From: an uncultured virus (IMG/VR IMGVR_UViG_3300017989_000061)
Taxonomy: Duplodnaviria; Heunggongvirae; Uroviricota; Caudoviricetes
Strand: one strand, 5' to 3'
Length of the DNA: 64,000 nucleotides
IMG/VR virus record: IMGVR_UViG_3300017989_000061
Shown: piece after piece, positions 36,336 to 45,769 of the stretch
Layout: each line of letters begins with the position of its first letter
Numbering within the stretch: position 1 is the first letter of the stretch
Made by a program: the position numbers and the translations under genes
The notes under the pieces: generated by a model
Databases searched by the model: none
Told to the model about the DNA's origin: nothing
The model's input: only the letters and a program-made list of their open reading frames with translations

Positions 36336-36599
36336 ATGCCACAGGTTGCAGAGCTGAAACTTAAATGTTTGCTGGATAACTGTGTTCCAGTTGTTGCTGT
36401 CAATATCACAAATGATCGTTTTGTTTGTGTTGTGACACGATCTGAAGAACACGCAAATGTTGTCGGTCGTTGGTTGAAGATGTCTGATGTTGAGAACGTC
36501 AGTGTCAAAGAAAGACTTGATTCATTTGAAGGTCGGTCTTTTTGGGAAACAGTTGGGGACACCCGTGAAGAGTTTGTAAGAAAACTCGCAGTTGCATAG
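36336..36599 (+). CDS. hypothetical protein
   Basis: co-directional ORF. Confidence 0.65.
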   Translation: MPQVAELKLKCLLDNCVPVVAVNITNDRFVCVVTRSEEHANVVGRWLKMSDVENVSVKERLDSFEGRSFWETVGDTREEFVRKLAVA

Positions 36600-36608
36600 G
36601 AGAAAACA

Positions 36609-36764
36609 ATGTGGAATTGGCTGAAATCAAATGTCCTGTTCATCCTTGTGCTGGCTGTAATCATTGTGTTGCTGTTTGTGAAAACTCAATCACATAAAGC
36701 GACTATTGGTGAATACGAAAAAGAAAGAATCATTCTTCAAGAAAAGCTTGATGGGATCAGATAA
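36609..36764 (+). CDS. small membrane protein (51 aa, not in ORF track)
   Basis: AGGAG RBS, one TM helix. Confidence 0.55.
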   Translation: MWNWLKSNVLFILVLAVIIVLLFVKTQSHKATIGEYEKERIILQEKLDGIR

Positions 36765-36782
36765 TCAGAATAGGAGAAATTT

Positions 36783-37055
36783 ATGTCAGCTTGGGAAACT
36801 ACAATCGATGATATTCAGATTGTCACTGATGCACATGGTTTAAATCTCTCGCAAGATCAAATTGAAGAGATTCATGGCAATCTGAATCATGATGTTATTG
36901 AGAGTGGTGTTCTCTTCTACAACGACATGGACGATCAAATAGATTCCATGCTTGAAGACATTGAAGATCAGTTGATCACTTCAGGTATTCTTCCAAAGAA
37001 CACTGAGAAGAAATTCAAAGGTGTTCCTGTAACAACTCGTTCGCCTAAAATCTAA
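36783..37055 (+). CDS. hypothetical protein
   Basis: AGGAG RBS. Confidence 0.7.
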   Translation: MSAWETTIDDIQIVTDAHGLNLSQDQIEEIHGNLNHDVIESGVLFYNDMDDQIDSMLEDIEDQLITSGILPKNTEKKFKGVPVTTRSPKI

Positions 37056-37071
37056 ATCAGGAGCTATCTGA

Positions 37072-37353
37072 ATGAGTAACCGACTTTGCATTGAGCCAAC
37101 TAAATTTGAAGACGTGAGAACAGGGCATGTTTCCTTTGGTTATCGGATTTACGATGACTACGGATCAGCCTATGGAAATCTCTGGGATTCAATTCCAGAT
37201 GATGATCTTGATGTTCTTCGGTTGATCATGGAAGATCGTCGTAATAACATCGTTCTTGACAATCTTTTGTGTCAAATTCAGGAAGATGAATTGACAATTT
37301 TTATTGGCGACTCCCCATACAACTGGGAACAAGTTAAGGAAATCGTGACATGA
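37072..37353 (+). CDS. hypothetical protein
   Basis: AGGAG RBS. Confidence 0.7.
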   Translation: MSNRLCIEPTKFEDVRTGHVSFGYRIYDDYGSAYGNLWDSIPDDDLDVLRLIMEDRRNNIVLDNLLCQIQEDELTIFIGDSPYNWEQVKEIVT

Positions 37354-37572
37354 AACGAAGAACATTCATTTCAGCCTGTGCCAATGCAACAGCGTTTATT
37401 GGCACGATGCTCAAGATAGGCTATGCCGCCCCGATCCACTTTATCCACGTTGGCGACAGGCTGTTCTTGACATTCAGGAATACCGAAAACAACGTGGCAT
37501 TTCAGTGACCAAAACTTTCGTCGATGATGAAAAAGTTGATGCAATCTTTCGACGAGGAAACGTGGAAAAACC

Positions 37573-38013
37573 ATGAATGAAGACGGTTGGCACATCCAGA
37601 TCAAACATGGTGAATGGGTTCGCTGGGGTTATGTCGATGCTGACATGAGCGATGAGCGAAAGAGTCAAGTTGGGATTCACATTGAACCAGCATTTATTGT
37701 CATCGCTGCTGGCGACGAAGTTTGTCAAATTGACTTTAAGTTGCCCAAGCGATCCATTGGGGATTCTGTCCCGCAGGTCGTAGAACGCAAAACCTGTTGG
37801 GGTTGGCGTTTCAAAAGCAATTGTCTCATTCATGACACCGGATGGAATCTCGTAGACACAAAAGAACAGGTATTGGAAGATGCTGCCAAATGGGTAGACA
37901 ACAAACTGAATGTCCGAAACCATGACCGACCAGAGTGGTTGGATTACCTGAAGGATGTTCGTGAAATTGAACCGTTGAAGAATCCGCTGCTCGACATTGT
38001 GAACAACGCTTGA
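37573..38013 (+). CDS. hypothetical protein
   Basis: co-directional ORF. Confidence 0.65.
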   Translation: MNEDGWHIQIKHGEWVRWGYVDADMSDERKSQVGIHIEPAFIVIAAGDEVCQIDFKLPKRSIGDSVPQVVERKTCWGWRFKSNCLIHDTGWNLVDTKEQVLEDAAKWVDNKLNVRNHDRPEWLDYLKDVREIEPLKNPLLDIVNNA

Positions 38014-38064
38014 AGACACCCATTTAATGGATCTTGATGACTTAATTCTCACAAGGAGTACAAC

Positions 38065-38439
38065 ATGAAGATCATTAACCTTTCCTGCCATGGCATGACT
38101 CTGACAATTGACACTGATGGCGAAGGTGGCGGTTCCATCGTCAGTGATTTGGATCGTGAAGTTTGCCCTCATTGTGATACATCAAATTGTTTTTACAGTT
38201 GTGATGGATCAAAAGCTGAATATACCCACGACGCATACAATCCTTCAGCAAGTGAATCTGAAGATGAAATTATCGCCCGTGCTGAATACAACACGGCTCT
38301 CAACACCATTGAGAGTTTCACTCTTGCTTTAGTAAATGCTTTTGAACAAAAGGGGACACCCGTTGAAGGTCATATCAAACTGGTTGTCGAAGAGGCTATC
38401 GAAACTGCTTTGGATGCCGTTTACGACAAAGTTGCCTGA
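38065..38439 (+). CDS. hypothetical protein
   Basis: AAGGAG RBS; CPHC...C..C insert. Confidence 0.7.
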   Translation: MKIINLSCHGMTLTIDTDGEGGGSIVSDLDREVCPHCDTSNCFYSCDGSKAEYTHDAYNPSASESEDEIIARAEYNTALNTIESFTLALVNAFEQKGTPVEGHIKLVVEEAIETALDAVYDKVA

Positions 38440-38449
38440 AAGAAAAACT

Positions 38450-38725
38450 ATGTTCCGTCCTCATTTTGAACCAGCACGGACTTTGTACGATGCTCTTGTT
38501 GCGGAACAGGAGTATCGTTCAGTATGTGAGTCCGATGAATGGATTGAAAATGAAAGAAACGCCATTCATCAAGCTGCGATTAAATGGGCAGAACAAAATG
38601 GGGTGAAACCCCCATCTGTCGAAGATTTGTTTCGCATTGAAACCACTTCATCAGGCCACGTTGATTACACTTCAAAATACGCTTATGGTGTGGCTGAACT
38701 TTTGACCAAAAAGGCAGTAGCATGA
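38450..38725 (+). CDS. hypothetical phage protein
   Basis: GHVDYTSKYA segment. Confidence 0.65.
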   Translation: MFRPHFEPARTLYDALVAEQEYRSVCESDEWIENERNAIHQAAIKWAEQNGVKPPSVEDLFRIETTSSGHVDYTSKYAYGVAELLTKKAVA

Positions 38726-39150
38726 AACTCAAGATTTGCACCAATACAGGTCACCTTTTGGCATACATTGATGTTGACGAAGGCATTCAGTTTAGTACAG
38801 TTGCTCCCTGTATTGAGATCAGGGAAGATCAAGGCCACTGTGAAGAAGTCTTTGCTCACAATCTTGAAGAAGATTGTCTTGACCAGACTGATTGTGGTCA
38901 GGTTGGATTTTGGGTTGCTGCTGCCTGTGGCTCTGGTGAGTTGATGCAGTGGGGCATTGATGGTGACACTGAATACCCTCACCTTTCCTACGAAGATGCA
39001 GTCAAGCAGGTGGCATATCTAATGCAATCAGAATTGCACAAAGAAGACACCTTCTACATTTTGAACGTGTTCCCAAATGGACAAATCCGCACTGATGCTG
39101 TGGATGAACACGTTCTGGAGGATTTTGAACTTGATGCAATCGAAGCGTGA
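38722..39150 (+). CDS. hypothetical protein
   Basis: ATGA-coupled ORF. Confidence 0.65.
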   Translation: MKLKICTNTGHLLAYIDVDEGIQFSTVAPCIEIREDQGHCEEVFAHNLEEDCLDQTDCGQVGFWVAAACGSGELMQWGIDGDTEYPHLSYEDAVKQVAYLMQSELHKEDTFYILNVFPNGQIRTDAVDEHVLEDFELDAIEA

Positions 39151-39802
39151 ATCAATTCAAGTCGCTCTCTTTGATGGCTTTAAGTTGCACGGATTCCGCT
39201 CTGGTGGAGGTCTTCGTGTCCTTTCTTTGGAGAAAGAGGGAGAATCAGAAAAATACTATGGGGAATCCATTAACTTTGAGGAAGCGTTACGCATTCTTGA
39301 AGATGATGTAAAAGCCGGTGGTCGTGCATACAAAGATGTCTATGGGAAAATTGAAACTCATTATCTCACTGGTGAATATGGGGATGAGTCCAGAGGCATT
39401 GACAGCTTGATTGTCAGAGGAAATTCATTCGACATTTTTGTTGAACATGGATGGTTCATTTTTTATTCGGATGCGTTTGTTCAATTTGTGCCTGATCAAC
39501 GAATTGATGATTATGTCACTGACAGAGGAGTTACTGTCTTTTGGAAATCAAAGGTCGGTGAACGATATGACTTCTATGAGTCCAGTCTTCTTATCTTTCC
39601 CGGAAGCGGGGGAAGAGGCACGTCTATAAAATGCACAAAAAATAACAGCGGACAGAGTTTCATAGGAGAAAAAACTCTGAGGTTTGAAGCTTATTCTTTT
39701 GACCAATTGTTATTGGACACCGAGCGTGAACTCAAAGGGTGGACGGATAACGTGGTTATGCCGTTTGAACTCATTGGAAATTCAAAAAACATTCAACTTT
39801 AA
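39134..39802 (+). CDS. hypothetical phage protein
   Basis: HGFRSGGGLRV segment. Confidence 0.7.
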   Translation: MQSKRESIQVALFDGFKLHGFRSGGGLRVLSLEKEGESEKYYGESINFEEALRILEDDVKAGGRAYKDVYGKIETHYLTGEYGDESRGIDSLIVRGNSFDIFVEHGWFIFYSDAFVQFVPDQRIDDYVTDRGVTVFWKSKVGERYDFYESSLLIFPGSGGRGTSIKCTKNNSGQSFIGEKTLRFEAYSFDQLLLDTERELKGWTDNVVMPFELIGNSKNIQL

Positions 39803-39813
39803 GGACATTCATC

Positions 39814-40953
39814 ATGCCACGTCTGACAAAAGCCGAAAAACAACATGACATTTTCACATCAAACCCTTTTGTTCTCAGTGATAAAGGGATGATGCTTGTT
39901 TATCGTAATATCACAGATGACATGAGAAGGGAACTTTACAAGAGAACGAATCTTGGGCGATTTCTGCTGGAAGATATTTCAACCAATTTAGCAATGAGGC
40001 CCTACCGAGAACAAAAAGGACCAGTTTATCCTGTTTACCTTACTGACAATTATTTGGTTGCATTGTACGATGGGGCTTTCTATGGATTTGAATATGGCGA
40101 CTTTGAATTGTCTTTTGATCAAGTCCCGAGTGCTGTTTTGCTCAAAGAATACCCCGTCAATAAATTCAACAAGAAACACAAGCATGTTGTTGTTCTCAAT
40201 GGGGACGCTGAAGAAGAAGGTTGGGATGGGGCTATGGAAGAGAATTCCTGTAAGTACCCCATTGCCGAAGACAGTGGATTGGAAGCTATGCCCACTGTTA
40301 GTTTTCGTTGTCTTTCCGAACTGACAGGTGCCCATGTTGAAGATGTTGTTAAGATGTTGCGGTCAATGGAATTGACAATTCTTGCATACATCCCTGATCA
40401 GAGAATTGACCTCCGTAAATCTGACAAGGAACATCTAAAAGCAGGTAAGCCAGAATACAAATTAAAGCCACCTAAACAGGGCTTTACATTGCTTAGTCAC
40501 TGTTGGCACTGTTCAGCAACAGTCGTTCTTTACAATAACAAAAATGACGAAACTTATTTGATTGGTCAGGACGAAGGGACTTACTTCGGTTGTGTTCTGC
40601 CTGAGCGAGTTACATCTGTTGAAGATGCCTATGAGTGTTTGAAACCACCGGAAGCACGTAAAGGAAATGTTCTGAGGCAAGGTGAATGGTTCTTTGTTCC
40701 TGTTTCCAGAAAGAATTTGCCATCTGAAGTTGGTTGCGATGCTCTATTTGAAGAAAGCATCATTATGCCAATTGATGATGAAAATGCGAACAGGCATTAT
40801 CTTTTCGGCGAAGGCATGGTTCATGAAGGCACGATTTATTGTCACGATCCAAGGATGGAACACGATGATCATGCAACCGTGAAGCCTGAAGGTTGGTATG
40901 CTTTGCACAAAAATACTGCACTTCGTAGCGTGAGTGTTGATGGAGTTGATTGA
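39814..40953 (+). CDS. hypothetical protein with RQGE motif
   Basis: 379 aa; LRQGEWFFVP...H...H.DH. Confidence 0.8.
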   Translation: MPRLTKAEKQHDIFTSNPFVLSDKGMMLVYRNITDDMRRELYKRTNLGRFLLEDISTNLAMRPYREQKGPVYPVYLTDNYLVALYDGAFYGFEYGDFELSFDQVPSAVLLKEYPVNKFNKKHKHVVVLNGDAEEEGWDGAMEENSCKYPIAEDSGLEAMPTVSFRCLSELTGAHVEDVVKMLRSMELTILAYIPDQRIDLRKSDKEHLKAGKPEYKLKPPKQGFTLLSHCWHCSATVVLYNNKNDETYLIGQDEGTYFGCVLPERVTSVEDAYECLKPPEARKGNVLRQGEWFFVPVSRKNLPSEVGCDALFEESIIMPIDDENANRHYLFGEGMVHEGTIYCHDPRMEHDDHATVKPEGWYALHKNTALRSVSVDGVD

Positions 40954-41375
40954 TGACAGAAGAAGAACTGGAAGACGAACAGGATCGGATAGCTTTTGAA
41001 AATTTGACCTTCTATCCACAGGTCAAATACATTCGAGCAAATCTTCGACTTGTTCGTGAGGCAGGACATTGGCATGATGCCTGTCAACAGATTCAATCTG
41101 AGTTAAATGAGCTGGTTCAAAGGCGTCTTAAACAAATAGACACCCTTCAGCAACTCAGAGAAGATCAGGAACGTGTACAGCTTGAGATCTCAAGAGATCA
41201 ATCAAAGTTTGCTGTTTCGGATTCAGAACGCAGACGTGAACTTGAGGAAGTGCAGCTTAAAATCCTGCAACGTCAAAACGCAAATGAACGTGCAGATGAG
41301 ATGGAGGCTGCACGCTGGGCATCAATGCTTTCTGATGTTTGTGACAGATACATCCCAAGTGGAGTCATGGTGTGA
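40950..41375 (+). CDS. coiled-coil protein
   Basis: E/Q/R-rich heptads. Confidence 0.65.
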   Translation: MMTEEELEDEQDRIAFENLTFYPQVKYIRANLRLVREAGHWHDACQQIQSELNELVQRRLKQIDTLQQLREDQERVQLEISRDQSKFAVSDSERRRELEEVQLKILQRQNANERADEMEAARWASMLSDVCDRYIPSGVMV

Positions 41376-41866
41376 AATCAAGACTTCTTAAAACTCCAAT
41401 GGGGTACGTCAAAACCCAACATGATGCCCATGATCATTTGGTGCAAATGAAAGAGGTTTTTGATCAACTCACTAGGAAACAAAGGGAGCCAGAGCATCAT
41501 GCTCTTCATGCTCTTATGGTTGGCATGATAGCATTGTTGGATGAGGGAGAGCAACATGCTTACACAGAAGACCCGTTTCTAACGCCTATCGAAGAAGACG
41601 AGGAACCAACAATGAAACTCCACGTTCTGTTTTTCCAACGCAATGAATCATACGATGGCGAATATGCTCCTGAAGCACTTGCTGTCGTTGATGAATACAC
41701 TAATGAAGAAAGTCCCGAGTGGTTCATTGAAAAGCAAAAACAAGAAAAGGAAAAGCTGGAAGGGGAAGGGGTTTTCAAGGTAATTGACATCAAAGTCTCT
41801 CAGGAACAAATCAGGGAGTTGCTTGTTGGTGTTCCAGAGATCGAAGGGGAGGTTGATAGTGATTAA
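41372..41866 (+). CDS. hypothetical protein (possible fusion; internal RBS and ATG at 41612)
   Basis: GAGGAACCAACAATG inside the ORF. Confidence 0.6.
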   Translation: MKSRLLKTPMGYVKTQHDAHDHLVQMKEVFDQLTRKQREPEHHALHALMVGMIALLDEGEQHAYTEDPFLTPIEEDEEPTMKLHVLFFQRNESYDGEYAPEALAVVDEYTNEESPEWFIEKQKQEKEKLEGEGVFKVIDIKVSQEQIRELLVGVPEIEGEVDSD

Positions 41867-42047
41867 AAAAGATGATTTCGATGAGGCATATCAGCATGTC
41901 TCTGAAAAAATTTCGATAGCGTCATCAGATTCAAGGATCATAGCGGCAGCATTACTTGTGGCTGGTTCGCAAATAAGTGAATCATTGAACAATCTTGCCG
42001 AGGCCAATCGACAAGTAGCTGTTTCTATTGCCAGAAAAGTGCAATAA
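41859..42047 (+). CDS. hypothetical protein
   Basis: GGAGG RBS, GTG start. Confidence 0.55.
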   Translation: MIKKDDFDEAYQHVSEKISIASSDSRIIAAALLVAGSQISESLNNLAEANRQVAVSIARKVQ

Positions 42048-42139
42048 GCGACACCCAACAACAAACCAGATATTGATCAACTTCCAAACTCAAACCCATA
42101 GGAGACATGCCATGACTATGATCACTCGCACTCGCTAGT

Positions 42140-42335
42140 CTTCCCGTCCCTGCCGAATCGGTGGGGATTCACTGGAAATCGGAACGAAAGAGTCCAAAGT
42201 CCGGTGAGCAAATAAAGGCCGATCAATGGTTGCAGTCCCTCTGCTTGCAAGGACGGACCACGGTACAGTTTGTGGGTCGCTGCTAATGTTAATAGCGGTT
42301 CTCCACCGTTAGGCTCAACACCTAACATTGGAGAA
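42140..42335 (+). ncRNA. candidate structured RNA or cis-regulatory leader
   Basis: About six consecutive hairpins; the last sequesters the RBS of the 42341 gene. Confidence 0.45.
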
Positions 42336-42340
42336 AAGAC

Positions 42341-42991
42341 ATGAAACTTGTACAGGATTTAGCTGAAGAATTTGGTGCAGACAACCTTTGGTACATTTAC
42401 CGCACGGTCTACAAATACACAGACTGTGGACCAAGTATCGGATTTCTGATCAAGAACCTTCCGGGAGATCACCCAGCACGACCGTGTTACAGTGATGGAC
42501 CGAAAGCAGATGATCCGATATGGTTGTACTGCGATGATCTTGGGAAACTTGGGTCATTTGATGATATGCGTGCCGCTGGACAAGAAATAGTGGGTGTTTC
42601 TGTTTCCTCAATTGTCGAGGGATCGGATGCCGAAGTTCCCGGTGACACCCTACATGATAATGCGACAACCAAAGACTTCTGGGATTTGGTTGAAGCAGTA
42701 AACCAAGAGGCTGCTTATCTCTGGGAGCGTGACAATTCCGATTGGTTTTGTCTCAAAAGTCCAGAGGGCGAATCTTGGGGATTTCACAATACGTGGGGCG
42801 ATATAAGATGGCCCGATGAAGACCTGCCTCCTAAAGAGGTTGTTGCTGCTGTTGAAAAGTTTATTGAAGATGGCGGCAACATCACATGGGAAGAAGGATT
42901 CGGAACGCAAACTCATGCCTACGATGAATACTTCCCGTTGAAAGGCGCTGAAGGATGGACCATCTGCCAGTACATCAATGACTTTTGTTGA
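42341..42991 (+). CDS. hypothetical phage protein
   Basis: YKYTDCGP...SSIVEGSDAE. Confidence 0.75.
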   Translation: MKLVQDLAEEFGADNLWYIYRTVYKYTDCGPSIGFLIKNLPGDHPARPCYSDGPKADDPIWLYCDDLGKLGSFDDMRAAGQEIVGVSVSSIVEGSDAEVPGDTLHDNATTKDFWDLVEAVNQEAAYLWERDNSDWFCLKSPEGESWGFHNTWGDIRWPDEDLPPKEVVAAVEKFIEDGGNITWEEGFGTQTHAYDEYFPLKGAEGWTICQYINDFC

Positions 42992-43000
42992 AGGTGGATC

Positions 43001-43558
43001 ATGAAGGCTTTTCGAGAATCACATCTTTGGTCATACAAATCAGGCAAAGACTGGTTTGTCACTGAAGATCAACCAAGGTACTTCTTCACAAAAGCAGAGT
43101 GCCGTCAATGGTTGAAGAGTCAAAAAATCCGCTTCACTTCATTGCGTCCACCAAAGGTGAGGTATAAGCCTTTGGTGGACGATTTCATGGAACGGTTAGA
43201 GTTGGTTCAACTTGACCATGAAGATGAAGAGTCTTTCCAGCTTCAGTTTCAGGATGGTAAATGCCCGAAAGGATTTCGATCCGTGGTTGGTCTGTTTGAA
43301 GTGTGTGGTGGATTTATTCACTCAGACATTTATGACACCCGACTAATTGGTCGTGGGATTGGAACAAAGGCTTACAGCACCATACTGAAAAAGTACGGCA
43401 AACTGAAAACATCATATCACAGTGCCACAACAGAAGCACAAGCACTGTGGAGAAAATTGATCAAAATCTTCCCTCATGAAACTGAGTTCTTTGTGCCTCA
43501 TATCGAAATCACTTGGGTTGATGTTGATTATTCACTTTTTCCACTGAGGAAATGTTGA
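43001..43558 (+). CDS. GNAT-like acetyltransferase
   Basis: GRGIGTKAY motif A; SATTEAQALWRKL. Confidence 0.55.
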   Translation: MKAFRESHLWSYKSGKDWFVTEDQPRYFFTKAECRQWLKSQKIRFTSLRPPKVRYKPLVDDFMERLELVQLDHEDEESFQLQFQDGKCPKGFRSVVGLFEVCGGFIHSDIYDTRLIGRGIGTKAYSTILKKYGKLKTSYHSATTEAQALWRKLIKIFPHETEFFVPHIEITWVDVDYSLFPLRKC

Positions 43559-44142
43559 TGTATGACTTCTCAATAAAACTTGATACAGAACGTCCCAATC
43601 GAGGTTGGGTTGTGGATCGGGTTAGTGTTCACCATGAAGGTGAAGAAATTGCCTATCTGAAGTGCTCATACATTCCTCACGAGAACATTCCCAAGTTTTA
43701 TCCTCTTGGAATTGTCAGCTTTTTGGATAAGGTCAATGGCTGGTGTGGTGCTGTCGAAAAGTTTGAAAGTGGAAAGCCGGAATACTGGGGATGGATTAAC
43801 CACAGGAAGGAACTGTCCCGTGAAGAAGCATTAGCTTACATGAACAAACATCATCAAGATGACTTTCGTTCATTCCAGAATTTTTTCGTGGACAAACCTT
43901 TTGAAGAATTCATCAGTGTCGATGAGCCATTTCGTCGTCAGGGACTGGCGGAACAGATGTTGCTTTATGCTGCGGAATACTATCGCAACAAAGGCATGAA
44001 GTTTTATCTGTCTAACATGAGGACAGCGCCCAACAAAGTGTTGTTCAGGAAGCTGAAAGCTAAATACAAACTCCCTCGTCAGAGGTTTGACTGGGGCAAT
44101 CCTTGTCATCGATACTACTTCCCATTGGATTTCGCAGCATGA
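43552..44142 (+). CDS. GNAT acetyltransferase
   Basis: ISVDEPFRRQGLAEQML motif A. Confidence 0.75.
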   Translation: MLMYDFSIKLDTERPNRGWVVDRVSVHHEGEEIAYLKCSYIPHENIPKFYPLGIVSFLDKVNGWCGAVEKFESGKPEYWGWINHRKELSREEALAYMNKHHQDDFRSFQNFFVDKPFEEFISVDEPFRRQGLAEQMLLYAAEYYRNKGMKFYLSNMRTAPNKVLFRKLKAKYKLPRQRFDWGNPCHRYYFPLDFAA

Positions 44143-44546
44143 CTAAACCAGTTCAAACAACACTCGGCAACATCGGTTTCAAGCTGCATGTGATTTGGCC
44201 TGAATCCGACGTGGATGTGGTGTATACGGAGCTTGGTTCATCATTCCAAGGTGATCGTATTGCCAAAACAAGAACACCCACTACTGAATCAGTTGACAAC
44301 ATGCTGGAAGCCATGTTTCGGGATGAAGTTCTTAAAGAACATGGCATACGAGTTGAGGCAACTTCTGGTTTGATGATGGGTGGTTGTCATATTGAGTTTG
44401 AAATTGATTCAGATAGAATCAACGAACTGCAATCACTCATCAAAATTGCAGACCAGCGTGTTCGTCATAACCGACGACAGTATGTCCGTTACTACAAGAA
44501 AGACTACCTTGTTTCAGGTAGACGAGTTCAGGAGATCGTTTCATGA
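44139..44546 (+). CDS. hypothetical protein
   Basis: ATGA-coupled ORF. Confidence 0.65.
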   Translation: MTKPVQTTLGNIGFKLHVIWPESDVDVVYTELGSSFQGDRIAKTRTPTTESVDNMLEAMFRDEVLKEHGIRVEATSGLMMGGCHIEFEIDSDRINELQSLIKIADQRVRHNRRQYVRYYKKDYLVSGRRVQEIVS

Positions 44547-44599
44547 ATGTTTTGTGGGATATTGCTCTCAATCCAAGAAGTGAATCAGGAGACAATCAA

Positions 44600-44843
44600 G
44601 TGACAGCCAAGCGAATCAGCACAGTCAATGTTATTGACTGTAGGAACAGTGAGAATTTTTTTGATCGATGAACTTGTGTCCTATGAGGACACCCCGGAAA
44701 ACGTGCAGGTGGCACAAGCACTGTTTCGACAGTGGTGCCGTTCAGTTAATCCTGATGTGACTGAAGATGAATTGGAAATTGCCCTTGATGATGGGGTGAT
44801 GGAGATCGGAGAGGGTTGCATCGCAATCGTTCATTCGACATAA
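44600..44843 (+). pseudogene. small gene frameshifted at a T7 run (44656-44662)
   Basis: AGGAG RBS and GTG 44600 join the 44628..44843 frame if one T is removed. Confidence 0.5.
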
Positions 44844-44850
44844 TGCGTAC

Positions 44851-45035
44851 ATGACACTGTGGCGGAAACCTAACGCACTTGGAGGAGAAATCCAGAGAAG
44901 AGGTTTGTGGAGGTGCAAAGGGGGTCGCTGCCCCACAATCCAGAACGTCAATGACAGGCGGAGCTGGAGGGTATATACATGACGATAGCTACGTCCACCA
45001 GAAGCATTGCAGGTAACCAGTCCTGCCAGTGTCAT
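44851..45035 (+). ncRNA. candidate structured ncRNA
   Basis: Closed by 9-bp ATGACACTG/CAGTGTCAT; internal hairpins, GGA-rich. Confidence 0.45.
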
Positions 45036-45038
45036 TTT

Positions 45039-45074
45039 TGGAGTTGAAAAATGGAGTTGAAAAATGGAGTTGAA
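45039..45074 (+). repeat. 13-bp tandem repeat across an RBS and start codon
   Basis: TGGAGTTGAAAAA x2 plus TGGAGTTGAA. Confidence 0.9.
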
Positions 45075-45690
45075 CCAAGAATTTATTGATGCGATTTACA
45101 GCGACGAATCTTTGACTTTACAGAAAGTCATGGACCTTGCTGGAACGCCTCAAGATTTCGTTGAAGAAATCACAGATCAACTTGGTTTGGCAGATCGCTA
45201 TGATCTTCTGGAACAACTCAAAGATGATCCAGACTTTGGGTTGAGTGCCAAAAAAGAACTTGCTTTCAAACAAAGAATGGATGACCACGATAAGTGGTTC
45301 AAAGAAAGGGTAAACAATTATCCATCAATCCTGAAACAGTGGCACGAGACGATCTCTACTTCTGAGAAGATTGGCATTTGGTCAATCTCCTATCCATGTG
45401 CTTCTGCTATTCGTTATGAGTTGGGCGACAATTATGTTGCTGTCTCAGGCGATGGTATATTTTTGTATATGTTTGAAGTGATTTCTCTTGAAGGAAATGG
45501 TAAGTTTAGTCTTGCTGAAAGTCCTATTTGGGGCAAAGAGTCACAATATGAACTCAAAGTATGGGGCGAACGATACGAATCAGGGTCTTGTAAGTCTTTT
45601 CGTGAAGTCACCGGAGCAAACTATGGTGACGTACTGACAGGCACACAGATTCTGGAGGCTCTTCAAGTCATCTATCACCCTAATGGGTGA
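45064..45690 (+). CDS. hypothetical protein
   Basis: 208-aa ORF. Confidence 0.75.
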   Translation: MELNQEFIDAIYSDESLTLQKVMDLAGTPQDFVEEITDQLGLADRYDLLEQLKDDPDFGLSAKKELAFKQRMDDHDKWFKERVNNYPSILKQWHETISTSEKIGIWSISYPCASAIRYELGDNYVAVSGDGIFLYMFEVISLEGNGKFSLAESPIWGKESQYELKVWGERYESGSCKSFREVTGANYGDVLTGTQILEALQVIYHPNG

Positions 45691-45769
45691 GTTTATGCCA
45701 TCAACAATAGAACTGTTCCTAAAACAAGACACCCAATACAATCCTATCCTACTACGAAAGGACAGGAAG

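Noticed and set aside
42112..42126. ATGACTATGATCACT resembles the lacZ-alpha start (vector contamination)
   Set aside because: Similarity is limited to the MTMIT peptide with different codons; flanks are not vector-like
36186..45035. Assigning the structured intergenic elements to hammerhead, twister or c-di-GMP riboswitch classes
   Set aside because: I could not find complete consensus cores by eye; left as unclassified candidates
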